A stretch of 64,000 nt of DNA from Gemmatimonadales bacterium (GCA_041615815.1 JBFJCP010000006.1:32001-96000); one strand, 5' to 3'; shown: positions 1 to 9,588, numbered from the stretch's first letter. Made by a program: numbers and translations. The notes: a model not told the origin generated them from the sequence alone.

Positions 1-2
1 TC

Positions 3-1574
3 CCGCAAACCCCACCACCACGGCTAGGTGTCGTGATCGTCGTCGATCAGATGCGTGCCGATTTCCTACAGCGCTTTACCGGGTTCTACACGGAAGGATT
101 TGCCGCGCTCATCGAGGGTGGTACCGTCTTCACTGACGCGCATCAGGACCATGCGGTGACCGAGACCGCGGTAGGACATGCCACGATCGCCACTGGCGTC
201 TTTCCGAAACATCACGGGATCGTTGGAAACACCTGGTATGACCGTGGCGCGCTCCGGATGTTCTACGCTTCCGAGGACTCGTCAGTTCAAATCGTCGGCC
301 TCGAGGGGGCGGAAGGGCGTTCGCCGGCACAACTCCGGTCGCCTACGGTGGGTGACTGGCTAAAAGCGCGGTCACCGGCGAGTAAGGTGTATGCAGTTGC
401 ACTCAAAGACCGAGCAGCAACGTTCATGGCGGGGAAGAAGGCTGACGCAGCGTTGTGGTACGAGGAAGACGCTGGCCGCTATGTCACCTCCACCTATTAT
501 ACCCGCGATTCCCTGCCGTGGCTCGAAGCGTTCAATCGGTCAGGACGTATCGAGGCCTTTCTGAAGGACGGGTGGAAACAGATGCTTCCGGTTGAGGGGT
601 ACTTCGTGTCCCGCGAAGACTCGTTTCCCCAGGAAGCGAACGGCATCAAGACCACGTTTCCGCATACCTTCACGGGTGACACAGTGATCACCCCTGCCTA
701 CTACAGCGAGCTGCGTGTTACCCCGTTCGCCGATCAGCTCACGCTAGACCTGGCTCGTGACGTCATTACGGAGGAACGGTTGGGGGCGGATGCGGATCCG
801 GACCTGATATTCATCGGGTTGTCCGCCGCCGACTACATTGGCCATACCTTCGGCCCGTTGAGCCAGGAAGCAGAAGACTACTATGTTCGCGTGGATGGGT
901 TCCTAGGGGACTTCATTGCGTTTCTGGATGAGCAAGTGGGACGCGAGCAATACTTCGTCGTCCTGACGTCCGATCATGGTGTGCTGCCGTTGCCGGAGGA
1001 ACTCGCGCGTCGTGGCTTGCCCGCACGGCGCATATCCAGAAACGAACTCCAGCTCACCCTGCAGGAAGTGATTCTCGGCGCGCTCGAGGAGACGGGGATT
1101 ACCACCCCACCTCGTGTTCGGCTCGCCAACGGGGTGTCCTTTGAGTTCACCGACCCTTCCGTCACTGACGCACAGCGGCTCACCGTAGCGCAAAGTGTCG
1201 CCGCGCGGCTCCGGGAAGCGTCTTTCGTGGAAGATGCATTCACCTACGCCGAGCTTCAGGAAACGGGCGCCGACCGTTCGTATCTCGAGGTCTACCGGCG
1301 ACAGTTTCCGCCGGATCTGTCGCCCGATGTCGCCTTACGGTTCTCACCGTTCACCCTCGCCGGATGGGGCGACTTCGGCACGACGCACGGCTCGCCCTAC
1401 GTCTACGATACGAAGATCCCGTTGGTTTTTTGGGGAGGGGCCATCCGCGGAGCCCGGGTGGTTCGGCGCGTCCGCTCGGTCGATATCGCACCGACCATCG
1501 CGCACCTCCTCGCGGTGACTCCTCCAGCCAACTTGAATGGTGAGGTCTTGAAAGAGGTGCTCGTGCGCCCGTAA
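3..1574 (+). CDS. Alkaline phosphatase family protein (PafA/NPP-like), 5'-truncated by window edge
   Basis: VVDQMR, TETAVGHATI (Thr nucleophile), LKDRAA, DYIGH, TSDHG, THGS motifs; frame is open to the window start. Confidence 0.9.
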   Translation, partial: PQTPPPRLGVVIVVDQMRADFLQRFTGFYTEGFAALIEGGTVFTDAHQDHAVTETAVGHATIATGVFPKHHGIVGNTWYDRGALRMFYASEDSSVQIVGLEGAEGRSPAQLRSPTVGDWLKARSPASKVYAVALKDRAATFMAGKKADAALWYEEDAGRYVTSTYYTRDSLPWLEAFNRSGRIEAFLKDGWKQMLPVEGYFVSREDSFPQEANGIKTTFPHTFTGDTVITPAYYSELRVTPFADQLTLDLARDVITEERLGADADPDLIFIGLSAADYIGHTFGPLSQEAEDYYVRVDGFLGDFIAFLDEQVGREQYFVVLTSDHGVLPLPEELARRGLPARRISRNELQLTLQEVILGALEETGITTPPRVRLANGVSFEFTDPSVTDAQRLTVAQSVAARLREASFVEDAFTYAELQETGADRSYLEVYRRQFPPDLSPDVALRFSPFTLAGWGDFGTTHGSPYVYDTKIPLVFWGGAIRGARVVRRVRSVDIAPTIAHLLAVTPPANLNGEVLKEVLVRP

Positions 1575-1577
1575 GTC

Positions 1578-2762
1578 CTAGTCGTGCTGAATCTTCGCGG
1601 CTGAATCCGCGCTGGCAGTGATCGGCGCTTGGGTCATCTTCTCGCGTACCGCATCGGGGATTCGGATCTCGAGTTCCTTCCTGTCCTCTGGGTCTTCCTC
1701 TTCGAGGTCGGGAGCCCGTTCGTACGCGAACTCGACGATCTTCCGCAACGTGTGCGAAAACTCAAAACCACCGGCCTCTGCTGACTCCATGTACGACACA
1801 CCCTCGGTGAGATCCGGGTTGGGATTGACTTCGAGCACGTAGGGCTGGTTGCGTTTGGCAAGCCGAATGTCGAGGCGCGCGTAGTCACGACAGCCCGTGA
1901 GCGTGTATGCTCGCAACGCCACGTCCTCGATTTTCTTGAGGGCCCGCTCCGACAGTTCCGCTGGACAGATAGTGTGCACCTGATGGTACACTTGATTCAG
2001 CGGATTCCACTTTGCATCGTAACTGATGATCGAAGGATGCTCCGGCGGGAGCTCGGAAAAGTCGAACTCGATCGCTGGCAGCATCACCGGAGGATCGTTT
2101 CCGAGGATCGAGACGTGTAGCTCACGACCCTCGATGAACTCTTCCACGAGAATCGGCGGATCGAACTCCTCGAACACTTTGTCGAGTTGCTTGACCAACT
2201 GCTCGTGATCGTGAACCACGGATCCGGCCTCCACGCCCATGCTTGCGTCCGACCGTGATGGCTTGACGATGAGGGGATAGTGTAGGCCGTGTCGCTTGGA
2301 CACCTTTGGCTCGTGCAGAATACGGAATCGGGGCGTCGGCACGCCATTCGCAAGCAAGACTTGTTTCGCAAGACCCTTCTTGTGGCAGAGCGACAACGCA
2401 AAGGGAGGTGCGCCTGTATAGGCGATGTCGTGTAAATCAAAGAAGGCGGCGACCGCTGGCTCGAGTTCGGCATCGTCGCGAAAATGTTCGACGAGGTTGA
2501 AGACGACATCCGGACGGCCGCGTCCTTTGGTAAGACGTTGGAGCCTGCGAATGTCCTCCTTGATGTTTACCGCCGTCGCTCGGAATCCCTCCTGTCGCAG
2601 CGACTTCACGATGGCTTTGTACTCTTCCTCGACCGTTGCTACGTGAATGTCGTATTCCGGCTCGAACCCCAACATAGCGGGATCGACGTTGCGAATCTTT
2701 TCGTACACGTCCTCCGCGATGTGATTGTACACCACCGCCACGAAAATGCGATCGTCGTCCAT
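1578..2762 (-). CDS. D-Ala-D-Ala ligase-like ATP-grasp protein
   Basis: VFNLVE, YTG, PLIVKP..SDASMG, EEFIEGRE, YDAKW, DYARLDIR, LEVNPNP; start placed at ATG 2762 (MDDDRIF). Confidence 0.85.
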   Translation of the reverse strand: MDDDRIFVAVVYNHIAEDVYEKIRNVDPAMLGFEPEYDIHVATVEEEYKAIVKSLRQEGFRATAVNIKEDIRRLQRLTKGRGRPDVVFNLVEHFRDDAELEPAVAAFFDLHDIAYTGAPPFALSLCHKKGLAKQVLLANGVPTPRFRILHEPKVSKRHGLHYPLIVKPSRSDASMGVEAGSVVHDHEQLVKQLDKVFEEFDPPILVEEFIEGRELHVSILGNDPPVMLPAIEFDFSELPPEHPSIISYDAKWNPLNQVYHQVHTICPAELSERALKKIEDVALRAYTLTGCRDYARLDIRLAKRNQPYVLEVNPNPDLTEGVSYMESAEAGGFEFSHTLRKIVEFAYERAPDLEEEDPEDRKELEIRIPDAVREKMTQAPITASADSAAKIQHD

Positions 2763-2812
2763 GGCCGCTACTAGTCCTTGCAGTTCTGCCGTTGGGGTTC
2801 GCCAGACAACGT

Positions 2813-2818
2813 TATAAT
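2813..2818 (+). promoter_or_regulatory. Candidate sigma70 -10 element (TATAAT) for the C39-argE-hutF unit
   Basis: Perfect TATAAT 29 bp before ATG 2847 in a GC-rich background; no good -35. Confidence 0.4.
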
Positions 2819-2846
2819 TTGCTCGGGTCACTGGTTAGAGCGCTAC

Positions 2847-3674
2847 ATGGGAATTTACCCACAATCGAACGGTTGGGAGTGCGGTCCCTTTGCCCTGAAG
2901 TACGCCCTGACGCTCTTGGGAATTCCTTGTGACGAACGCGAAATCGCCCAAGTCGCTGGCACCAATGAAGATGGGACCGATGAAGAAGAACTTGCACGTG
3001 CGGCAACACGGTTTGGCTGCGAGTTGAAACTGATTCGCCACGACCATCCGGCTGCAGCTCAGCGCGATCTCGATACGCTCCTCGGTAGAGGCACCCCAGT
3101 GCTTTTGTGTATCGATCAGTGGGGGCACTGGGTGACAGCGGCGCACGGCGAGGACGGCACGTACGTCGTGTTCGATAGCCGGGATAGCAGCGTGGTCACC
3201 GTGAGTCCTTGGGACCAACTGCGCCCGCGCTTGGCGTACCAAGAGCGCGCTCCCGACGGTTCGAACCGGGCGCTCTACGACCTGCACCCCGTCCAGGCGA
3301 GGCTTGCGACACCGCGCCGTGCCCGGATCTCCCTGACTCGAGCGGGGCACTTGAGACTTCCCGAGAATCGGAGCTTGGCGCTCGGATGGAGTCGTTATCT
3401 CGAAGACCTTCTGCAAATCGCCGTGGTGCCGTCAGGGCAGTGTGATCTGAGCGTACCGTTGATTCACGTGATCCGAGAACGGTGCGACGCGATCTCGGCT
3501 CGAGCCCACGAGGCGGTTGCCACGGTCGATGCGGCAACCCGCAGGCGAATCCTAGATAACATGTGTTTCGTCGCCGACGCGTATCAACTCGAGATCGCCG
3601 TTGGAATGGAAGAGCAGGTGGTATCACGGGTCAGCGACGTACTCGTACGCCGAGCTCGTGCGGCCCTCGTGTGA
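2847..3674 (+). CDS. Peptidase C39-like (papain-fold) domain protein with unknown C-terminal helical region
   Basis: Q-x5-CGP, GT(D)EEEL, GHWV and VFDS give a Cys-His-Asp triad typical of C39/C39-like peptidases. Confidence 0.7.
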   Translation: MGIYPQSNGWECGPFALKYALTLLGIPCDEREIAQVAGTNEDGTDEEELARAATRFGCELKLIRHDHPAAAQRDLDTLLGRGTPVLLCIDQWGHWVTAAHGEDGTYVVFDSRDSSVVTVSPWDQLRPRLAYQERAPDGSNRALYDLHPVQARLATPRRARISLTRAGHLRLPENRSLALGWSRYLEDLLQIAVVPSGQCDLSVPLIHVIRERCDAISARAHEAVATVDAATRRRILDNMCFVADAYQLEIAVGMEEQVVSRVSDVLVRRARAALV

Positions 3675-3760
3675 TAGACCAGCCAGACGCTCTCCCAAGG
3701 CGTGCCTACGTCCATCGTGGCCCATAGCCATGAAGGCAGTCTGCTCGTATTCTTCGGGCC

Positions 3761-4918
3761 ATGACGCGCGGGCTCGAGGATGTCGAGTTGCTCAGCCGTC
3801 TCGTGGCGTTCGACTCCACGAGTCGGAACAGCAACCTGCCTATCGCAGACTTCATTTGCGACTACCTCGATCGTCGTGGTGTACGGATCGATCGAAACGC
3901 CTCACCGGACGGTACCAAGGCCAATCTCGTTATTGCTGCTGGACCAGAAGATCTCGCCGCTGAGGGCCTCGGTCTCTCCGGGCACATGGATGTGGTTCCG
4001 GCTGACGAGAAGGACTGGAACAGTGATCCATTTTCATTGGCACGCGTCGACGATCGGCTCGTCGGGCGCGGTGCATGCGACATGAAGGGGTTTCTGGCGC
4101 TTGCGATGAATCGGTTCTTCTCGGTCGACCCCGACCGCTTGCGTCGACCCCTTGCGTTGCTCTTCACGTATGACGAGGAGCTCGGGACGCTTGGGGCCAA
4201 GCATTTCGTGGAGACGTGGCCCACTCCGCGGCGTTTGCCCCGTGCAGTCATCGTCGGTGAGCCAACGGAGCTTCGAGTCGTTCGGATGCACAAAGGGTAC
4301 CTCAAGCTCCGCGTTACATTTGTGGGCCGGGCGGCACACAGCGGATATCCACATCTCGGGCGCAACGCCATCGAGCCCGCGGGCCGCGCGATCGTGGCGC
4401 TGAGCGAGTTGCGGCGCGTTCTCGAGACGGAACGACCCCTACACGCCCTGCATTTTCCGGAGGTTCCATTTGCGGCGCTCAACGTCGCCACCATCACCGG
4501 AGGCGTCGCGATCAATGTCATTCCAGACCACTGCCAGATCGAAGTGGGAGTCCGGTTACTTCCCGAGATGCGAAGCCCAGCCATCGTTGGACGGATCCGG
4601 GATACGCTCACCCACGCGCTCGACGATATCGCGTTCGAGCTCACCGTCCTCGGCGAGAGTCCGGCGATGCTGCTCGAGGAGGATGCATCGCTGCATCGAG
4701 CCCTGTGTCAAGCGATGGGGCAAACGGATTCCCAAAGCGTTTCGTTCGCCACAGACGCGGGCTGGTTCCAGAACATTGGGCTCGAATGTGTCATTTTCGG
4801 TCCGGGATCGATTGAAAAGGCGCATCGCGCCAACGAGTACATGCCGCTGGCCGAGTTGCGGTCTGCAAACCTCGTGTTGCATCGCATAGTACACGATTGG
4901 TGCGAGGCGGGAAGCTGA
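3761..4918 (+). CDS. argE: Acetylornithine deacetylase (M20A family)
   Basis: SGHMDVVP, GRGACDMKG, YDEELG, GEPT, AHSG, AHRANE. Confidence 0.85.
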   Translation: MTRGLEDVELLSRLVAFDSTSRNSNLPIADFICDYLDRRGVRIDRNASPDGTKANLVIAAGPEDLAAEGLGLSGHMDVVPADEKDWNSDPFSLARVDDRLVGRGACDMKGFLALAMNRFFSVDPDRLRRPLALLFTYDEELGTLGAKHFVETWPTPRRLPRAVIVGEPTELRVVRMHKGYLKLRVTFVGRAAHSGYPHLGRNAIEPAGRAIVALSELRRVLETERPLHALHFPEVPFAALNVATITGGVAINVIPDHCQIEVGVRLLPEMRSPAIVGRIRDTLTHALDDIAFELTVLGESPAMLLEEDASLHRALCQAMGQTDSQSVSFATDAGWFQNIGLECVIFGPGSIEKAHRANEYMPLAELRSANLVLHRIVHDWCEAGS

Positions 4919-4920
4919 CC

Positions 4921-6231
4921 GTGCCAGAGATTCTGCAGGCGGAGCTGACATGGACGGGAACACGCTTCGAGTCCGATATCGAGGTTGTCGTCTCCGATGA
5001 CGGTCGGATATACGCGGTGCGCAGGGCAAATACGAAGCCGTCCAAGCGACTGGACGGGCAAGCCCTCATGCCCGGCTTCATCAACGCGCATTCGCATGCA
5101 TTTCAGCGAGGGCTACGAGGATTAGGGGAACGATACGCAGAGGGCCCAGGCAGCTTCTGGACCTGGCGAGAGACGATGTATGATTTCATCGCGGGGCTGG
5201 ACGAGAACGCATTCCGAGAACTCTGCTACCAGTGCTTCGAGGAGATGCGCGACGCCGGGATAACGACCGTCGGCGAATTCCATTATCTGCATCACTCCTC
5301 GCACGATGCCGATCATCAGTTTGACGAAGCCGTGTTGGCAGCGGCGGCTGCCGCAGAGATTCGACTGGTCCTTCTCAGCGCCTACTACGCCACTGGCGGT
5401 ATCGGCAAGCCTCTAGAGGGGTCGCAATGCCGGTTCGCAACACACACACCAGAAGCATACTGGCTGCAGATGGACCGGCTGTCTGCGAAGCTTCACCACA
5501 ATACCCAGCGACTTGGCGCGGTCGTTCACAGTATTCGAGCAGCATCACTCGAAGACTGTAGCTCCATCTACCACGAAGCGAGACGGCGAAACCTCGTCTT
5601 CCATATGCATGTCGAAGAGCAGCGTCGGGAGATTGCGGAATCGATTCGTGTATATGGCAAGCCGCCGTTGGAACTGATCCACCACGTTCTGCAATTCCAT
5701 GACGGCATCACCGCCGTTCATTGTACGCACAGTAGTCAGGACCTGCTGCGACGCTTCTTGCAGGTCGGCGGTCTCGTGTGCGTATGTCCGCTCACGGAGG
5801 CAAACCTGGGAGACGGGATCCCCGATCTCGCCGACGTACCGGAAGTGCCCGGACAACTTTGTCTCGGCACCGACTCAAACGCCCGTGTGAGCATGTGGGA
5901 AGAAATGCGATGGGTGGAGTACGGGCAGCGACTGGTGCGAGAAGCCCGCGGCATGTTGAAGCGTGGTAGCGACGTCGCACAGTTGCTTCTCGAGGCCGCG
6001 ACCGCCACGGGTGCTCGGTCGCTAGGAGTGTCGGCTGGTCAAATTGCGCCGGGCTGTTGGGCCGACTTCATGACGATCGATCTGGACCATCCCTCGATTC
6101 GGGGGTGCGATCCCCAACACCTGCTGGATGCTCTGGTATTCGGCGCCGGTAACGAGGTGATCGTAGCGACGAGTGTTGGCGGACGCTGGCGGGACTCCCG
6201 AGCCAAGGCACAAGACCCTACGCCCAAGTGA
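4921..6231 (+). CDS. hutF: Formimidoylglutamate deiminase
   Basis: NAHSHAFQR, FWTWRETMY, VGEFHYLHH, HSIRA, HVEEQ, TEANLGDG, GTDSN; GTG start 2 bp after argE stop. Confidence 0.85.
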   Translation: MPEILQAELTWTGTRFESDIEVVVSDDGRIYAVRRANTKPSKRLDGQALMPGFINAHSHAFQRGLRGLGERYAEGPGSFWTWRETMYDFIAGLDENAFRELCYQCFEEMRDAGITTVGEFHYLHHSSHDADHQFDEAVLAAAAAAEIRLVLLSAYYATGGIGKPLEGSQCRFATHTPEAYWLQMDRLSAKLHHNTQRLGAVVHSIRAASLEDCSSIYHEARRRNLVFHMHVEEQRREIAESIRVYGKPPLELIHHVLQFHDGITAVHCTHSSQDLLRRFLQVGGLVCVCPLTEANLGDGIPDLADVPEVPGQLCLGTDSNARVSMWEEMRWVEYGQRLVREARGMLKRGSDVAQLLLEAATATGARSLGVSAGQIAPGCWADFMTIDLDHPSIRGCDPQHLLDALVFGAGNEVIVATSVGGRWRDSRAKAQDPTPK

Positions 6232-7447
6232 TGCCCGCCTGGGCGTCCGGTAAGTGTGCGGGATGCCCCGCTGCGCTGAGCACGTCCAGGATCCCCTGAA
6301 GATGGTCGTGTCCACGGGTCTGAATCACGAACTCGACCTCGACCGATGGCAGCCGCACGTTCGTGAACGCGCGCTGGTGACGCACCTCGAGAATATTGGC
6401 TTCGGCTTCAGCTAGGCAGGTGGTGACTTCGGCGAGCCCGCCAGGGAGATCCCGTAGTTCAACGAGCAGGCGCACCAGACGTCCCGTACGGACGAGCCCG
6501 CGTTGAATCACGGACGACAAGATCATCGGGTCGATATTACCTCCGCAAACCACGAGCGCGACTCGTCGACTGGCGAACCGGTCTGCGTGCTTGAGCACCG
6601 CGGCCAGCCCAGCCGCCCCAGCCCCCTCAACCACCATTTTCTCGCGTTCCAAGAACAAGAGAACACTTCGTTCGATCTCATCCTCCTCGACCAGCAGAAC
6701 GTCGCTCACCAATTGACGGATGATCGGGACGGTGAGCCGGCCGGGTACTTTCACCGCGATCCCCTCCGCGATCGTTGCCGTACCGCATTGGATGGGGTCT
6801 CCAGCCAATGCCTGCCGCATCGAGGGGAAACGCGCCGCCTCGACACCGATGATCTCGATACCCGGCTTGATACCGGTAGCGGCGGTCGCGATACCCGCGA
6901 TCAACCCGCCACCGCCGATCGGCACCACAATGACGTCCAGGTCCGGGTGCGCTTCGAGGAGCTCAACGGCTACCGTCCCCTGTCCTGTGATGATCTTCTC
7001 GTCGTCATACGGATGGATCAGGTGAAGACCGCGTTTCTTCGCGAGGGCGGTGGCATGCGCGCCAGCTTCATCAAGTCCGGCGCCCTCCAAGACGACCTCT
7101 GCTCCGAAGCTGCGTGTGCGCTCAACCTTGAGTGTGGGCGTGTACCGCGGCATCACGATGGTGGCCTCAATGCCGAGCCGCTGTGCGTGACGGGCAACCG
7201 CCTGGGCGTGATTACCGGCTGACATGGCAATGATGCCCGCGGCCCGCTCATGCTCGCTCATCGAGCGGAGTTTGAACACGGCGCCCCGCTCTTTGAACGA
7301 GGCAGTGTATTGGAGATTCTCCAGTTTGAGGATGATCTCGGCACGAGTGATCTCCGACAACACCCGGGAGCGGGAGGAGGGAGTGGTGCCGATCTCCTGC
7401 GCCACGATTCGGGCAGCGGTACGGATGTCGTCGACGTTCACAGACAT
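6218..7447 (-). CDS. ilvA: Threonine ammonia-lyase with C-terminal ACT domain
   Basis: KLENLQYTASFKERG (PLP Lys), SAGNHAQ, GGGGL, GGNID, ACT domain DLPGGL. Confidence 0.9.
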   Translation of the reverse strand: MSVNVDDIRTAARIVAQEIGTTPSSRSRVLSEITRAEIILKLENLQYTASFKERGAVFKLRSMSEHERAAGIIAMSAGNHAQAVARHAQRLGIEATIVMPRYTPTLKVERTRSFGAEVVLEGAGLDEAGAHATALAKKRGLHLIHPYDDEKIITGQGTVAVELLEAHPDLDVIVVPIGGGGLIAGIATAATGIKPGIEIIGVEAARFPSMRQALAGDPIQCGTATIAEGIAVKVPGRLTVPIIRQLVSDVLLVEEDEIERSVLLFLEREKMVVEGAGAAGLAAVLKHADRFASRRVALVVCGGNIDPMILSSVIQRGLVRTGRLVRLLVELRDLPGGLAEVTTCLAEAEANILEVRHQRAFTNVRLPSVEVEFVIQTRGHDHLQGILDVLSAAGHPAHLPDAQAGITWA

Positions 7448-7552
7448 GCAGATGCGAGTCCGATCATCACGGACTCAGAAGCTAACCGTCGTGCACGGGC
7501 CTGCCACGGGCAGGCATGCTGAGGCTGGGAGGGCCGGTGAAATGGAATGAAC

Positions 7553-7677
7553 AAAAAAACGAGGGGCGTCAGGCGAGCGGATGACCGGTCCGCTCTCGAG
7601 AGACCCATCGGCCCCTGTCCGACGAGTCCCGTCCGTGCCGTAATCGACACGATTTGCTGACTGCCCGACACCCCTCG
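7553..7677 (-). ncRNA. Unannotated structured RNA: four-way junction closed by a 15-bp stem, followed by U7
   Basis: P1 7663-7677/7560-7574, P2 7633-7652, P3 7600-7630, P4 7575-7595; all seven non-Watson-Crick pairs are G-U on the minus strand. Confidence 0.65.
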
Positions 7678-7755
7678 AAACTTGAATTTGAGTCCTGATG
7701 TCTAAGGCCGTTATGAAATGGTCATGAGCATCGCCGCGGCGCCGTCATTCCAGAC

Positions 7756-9339
7756 TCAAGGCCCAAGGCGGCGTTTCTGAGGCGCGGATCCGAGGCGCGG
7801 ACCAGCGGTGGACGCAACGTGGGCTGCCAGACGGTCGATCAAGGTCGTGAGCTGATCGTGTCGGGTCCTCACGGTTCGTGCGAAGATCGTGCGTGCCAAG
7901 CCCCAGGACGCGCCAACCGCGAGGGCTGCAGCCACAACACCGGCCACTGGGGCTTGAAGGGCCCCGGCTACCACCCCGAGCAGCGCGCCCCCTCCCCCCC
8001 CACCACCTCCCCCTACGATGCCACCGAACACACCGCCCGCGAAGTTACTCATGCGCTCGTCGATGGTGATGCGCGTCCGTCCGTCGCGCGGCATCACCAT
8101 GATGTGAATGTCCCGCCCACCGGCCCCCTGCCCCGCCCGAGCCGTGCTCCACGTCAGGGAGCGGCCGAGGGTACTCACGTGCCCCACGTCACGCAGCGTG
8201 GCTCGCACGTCCTCGACGAGGATCGCAAACTCCGAATCCGGCACCTCTCCATCGACGGTTCGTTCGAGCCGCAACGACGTCGGGGCGCCGGCAAGAAAGT
8301 TCTTCCGCGGCGGTGAGGGCTCCGGGCGCTGGAGCTGCCGGGCTGCCTGTTCTACTCGCTCCGGCGAGATTCCCACTTGGGCGGCGATTTGCTGTACCGC
8401 TCCAATGGAGAGCGCGCCTTCCTCTGTCGGCTGCTGAACCTGCATCTCGCTGGCGTGCTTGACGATGGATCGAACCTCGGACTCGCTATACCGGCGGCTA
8501 CGTCCGGTGGCGCTCATCAAGGCATCCACCAACTCCTTGGCGCTCGAGTAGCGGTCTTGCGGTCTGATGGCCATCGCTCGAACGAGCACCCGCTCGAGTG
8601 AGCCCGAGAGCTCATCGAGTCGCTTCCGATGCGACGCACTGGCGTCGAGGAATCTCCCCAGCTTGCTGGCTTCCTCGGTGGGCCAAAACCCGGGTGTCTC
8701 GCCGACCATCATCTCGTAGCACACACATGCCAAGCTGTAGACGTCCGTGCGCGCGTCCAGTTCCCGCACGGCTGCTGCCTGCTCGGGGCTCATGTAGCCG
8801 GGCGTTCCCAGGGGGAATCCGGTGCGGGTGAGCTCGATACCGCCCGCGGTGCTGATGGCTCGGGCGATCCCGAAGTCCGCCACCATCGCGTGGCCCTCGG
8901 AGAAGAGGATGTTCTCAGGCTTGAGGTCTCGATGGAGGACGCCCTGGCGATGAGCGTAGCTCACTGCGTCGCCCACGCGCACCGAGATTCCCAGTGCGTG
9001 GTCGACGTCCAGGGGACCCTCGCGGTTCAGCAGTGAGCGCAGCGATCCGCCATCGATGTATGGCATCACGTAGTACAGCCGGCTGTTCGCCTCGCCGGAG
9101 TCGTACAAGGGAACGATGTGTGGGTGCGTGAGCTTGGCCGCGATCTCGATTTCCTTGAGGAACCGCTCGGTACCGATGGACGCGGCGAGATCTGGCCGCA
9201 GCACCTTGACCGCCACTTGCCGATCGTGTTTGAGGTCCCGAGCCAAATACACGGTCGCCATTCCTCCCCGACCCAGGATGCGCTCGAGCGCATACCGCTT
9301 TGCCAAGGCGGAACGGAGAGTTTCGGGTATCTGCGTCAC
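7756..9339 (-). CDS. Ser/Thr protein kinase with C-terminal helical domain and Gly-rich membrane hairpin
   Basis: GRGGMATV, VAVK, HRDLKPEN, DFG, GTPGYMSPE; start placed at GTG 9339 (ORF extends to 9414). Confidence 0.9.
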   Translation of the reverse strand: MTQIPETLRSALAKRYALERILGRGGMATVYLARDLKHDRQVAVKVLRPDLAASIGTERFLKEIEIAAKLTHPHIVPLYDSGEANSRLYYVMPYIDGGSLRSLLNREGPLDVDHALGISVRVGDAVSYAHRQGVLHRDLKPENILFSEGHAMVADFGIARAISTAGGIELTRTGFPLGTPGYMSPEQAAAVRELDARTDVYSLACVCYEMMVGETPGFWPTEEASKLGRFLDASASHRKRLDELSGSLERVLVRAMAIRPQDRYSSAKELVDALMSATGRSRRYSESEVRSIVKHASEMQVQQPTEEGALSIGAVQQIAAQVGISPERVEQAARQLQRPEPSPPRKNFLAGAPTSLRLERTVDGEVPDSEFAILVEDVRATLRDVGHVSTLGRSLTWSTARAGQGAGGRDIHIMVMPRDGRTRITIDERMSNFAGGVFGGIVGGGGGGGGGALLGVVAGALQAPVAGVVAAALAVGASWGLARTIFARTVRTRHDQLTTLIDRLAAHVASTAGPRLGSAPQKRRLGP

Positions 9340-9588
9340 GCCACCAAGGTAGCCGGGGATGTGGCGCTTCGGAACGTCCAACTCTTCTCGGTGGAGCGCC
9401 ACGTAGCGATACATCTGCTACAAAGTAGGCCATGCCGCGCAGTGATGTGGCCGCAAGGCTCCGCTCCCGAACGACCGCCGAGGGCTGTGTGGTAGGGTGG
9501 TCCGATCACGCCAAGTGGCAATGACTTGTGCGCGGCCCGGTCTTGCTGTCACCGCAACATCAGGTCGTGGGCGGAGGCATCCCCCTCC

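Noticed and set aside
7560..7677. tRNA, Y RNA or c-di-GMP-I riboswitch identity for the structured RNA
   Set aside because: No TTCGA T-loop, no CCA end, stems too long for tRNA; no Ro60 gene nearby; GCAAA is present but the GNRA loop and GCAAAG/receptor are absent.
7655..7720. Hammerhead ribozyme (CTGA..GAAA on plus strand)
   Set aside because: Neither CTGACTG nor CTGATGT matches CUGANGA, and the flanking stems do not form.
7987..8013. Poly-C/G tract as a phase-variation site
   Set aside because: Interrupted runs encoding an in-frame poly-Gly segment; the reading frame is intact.
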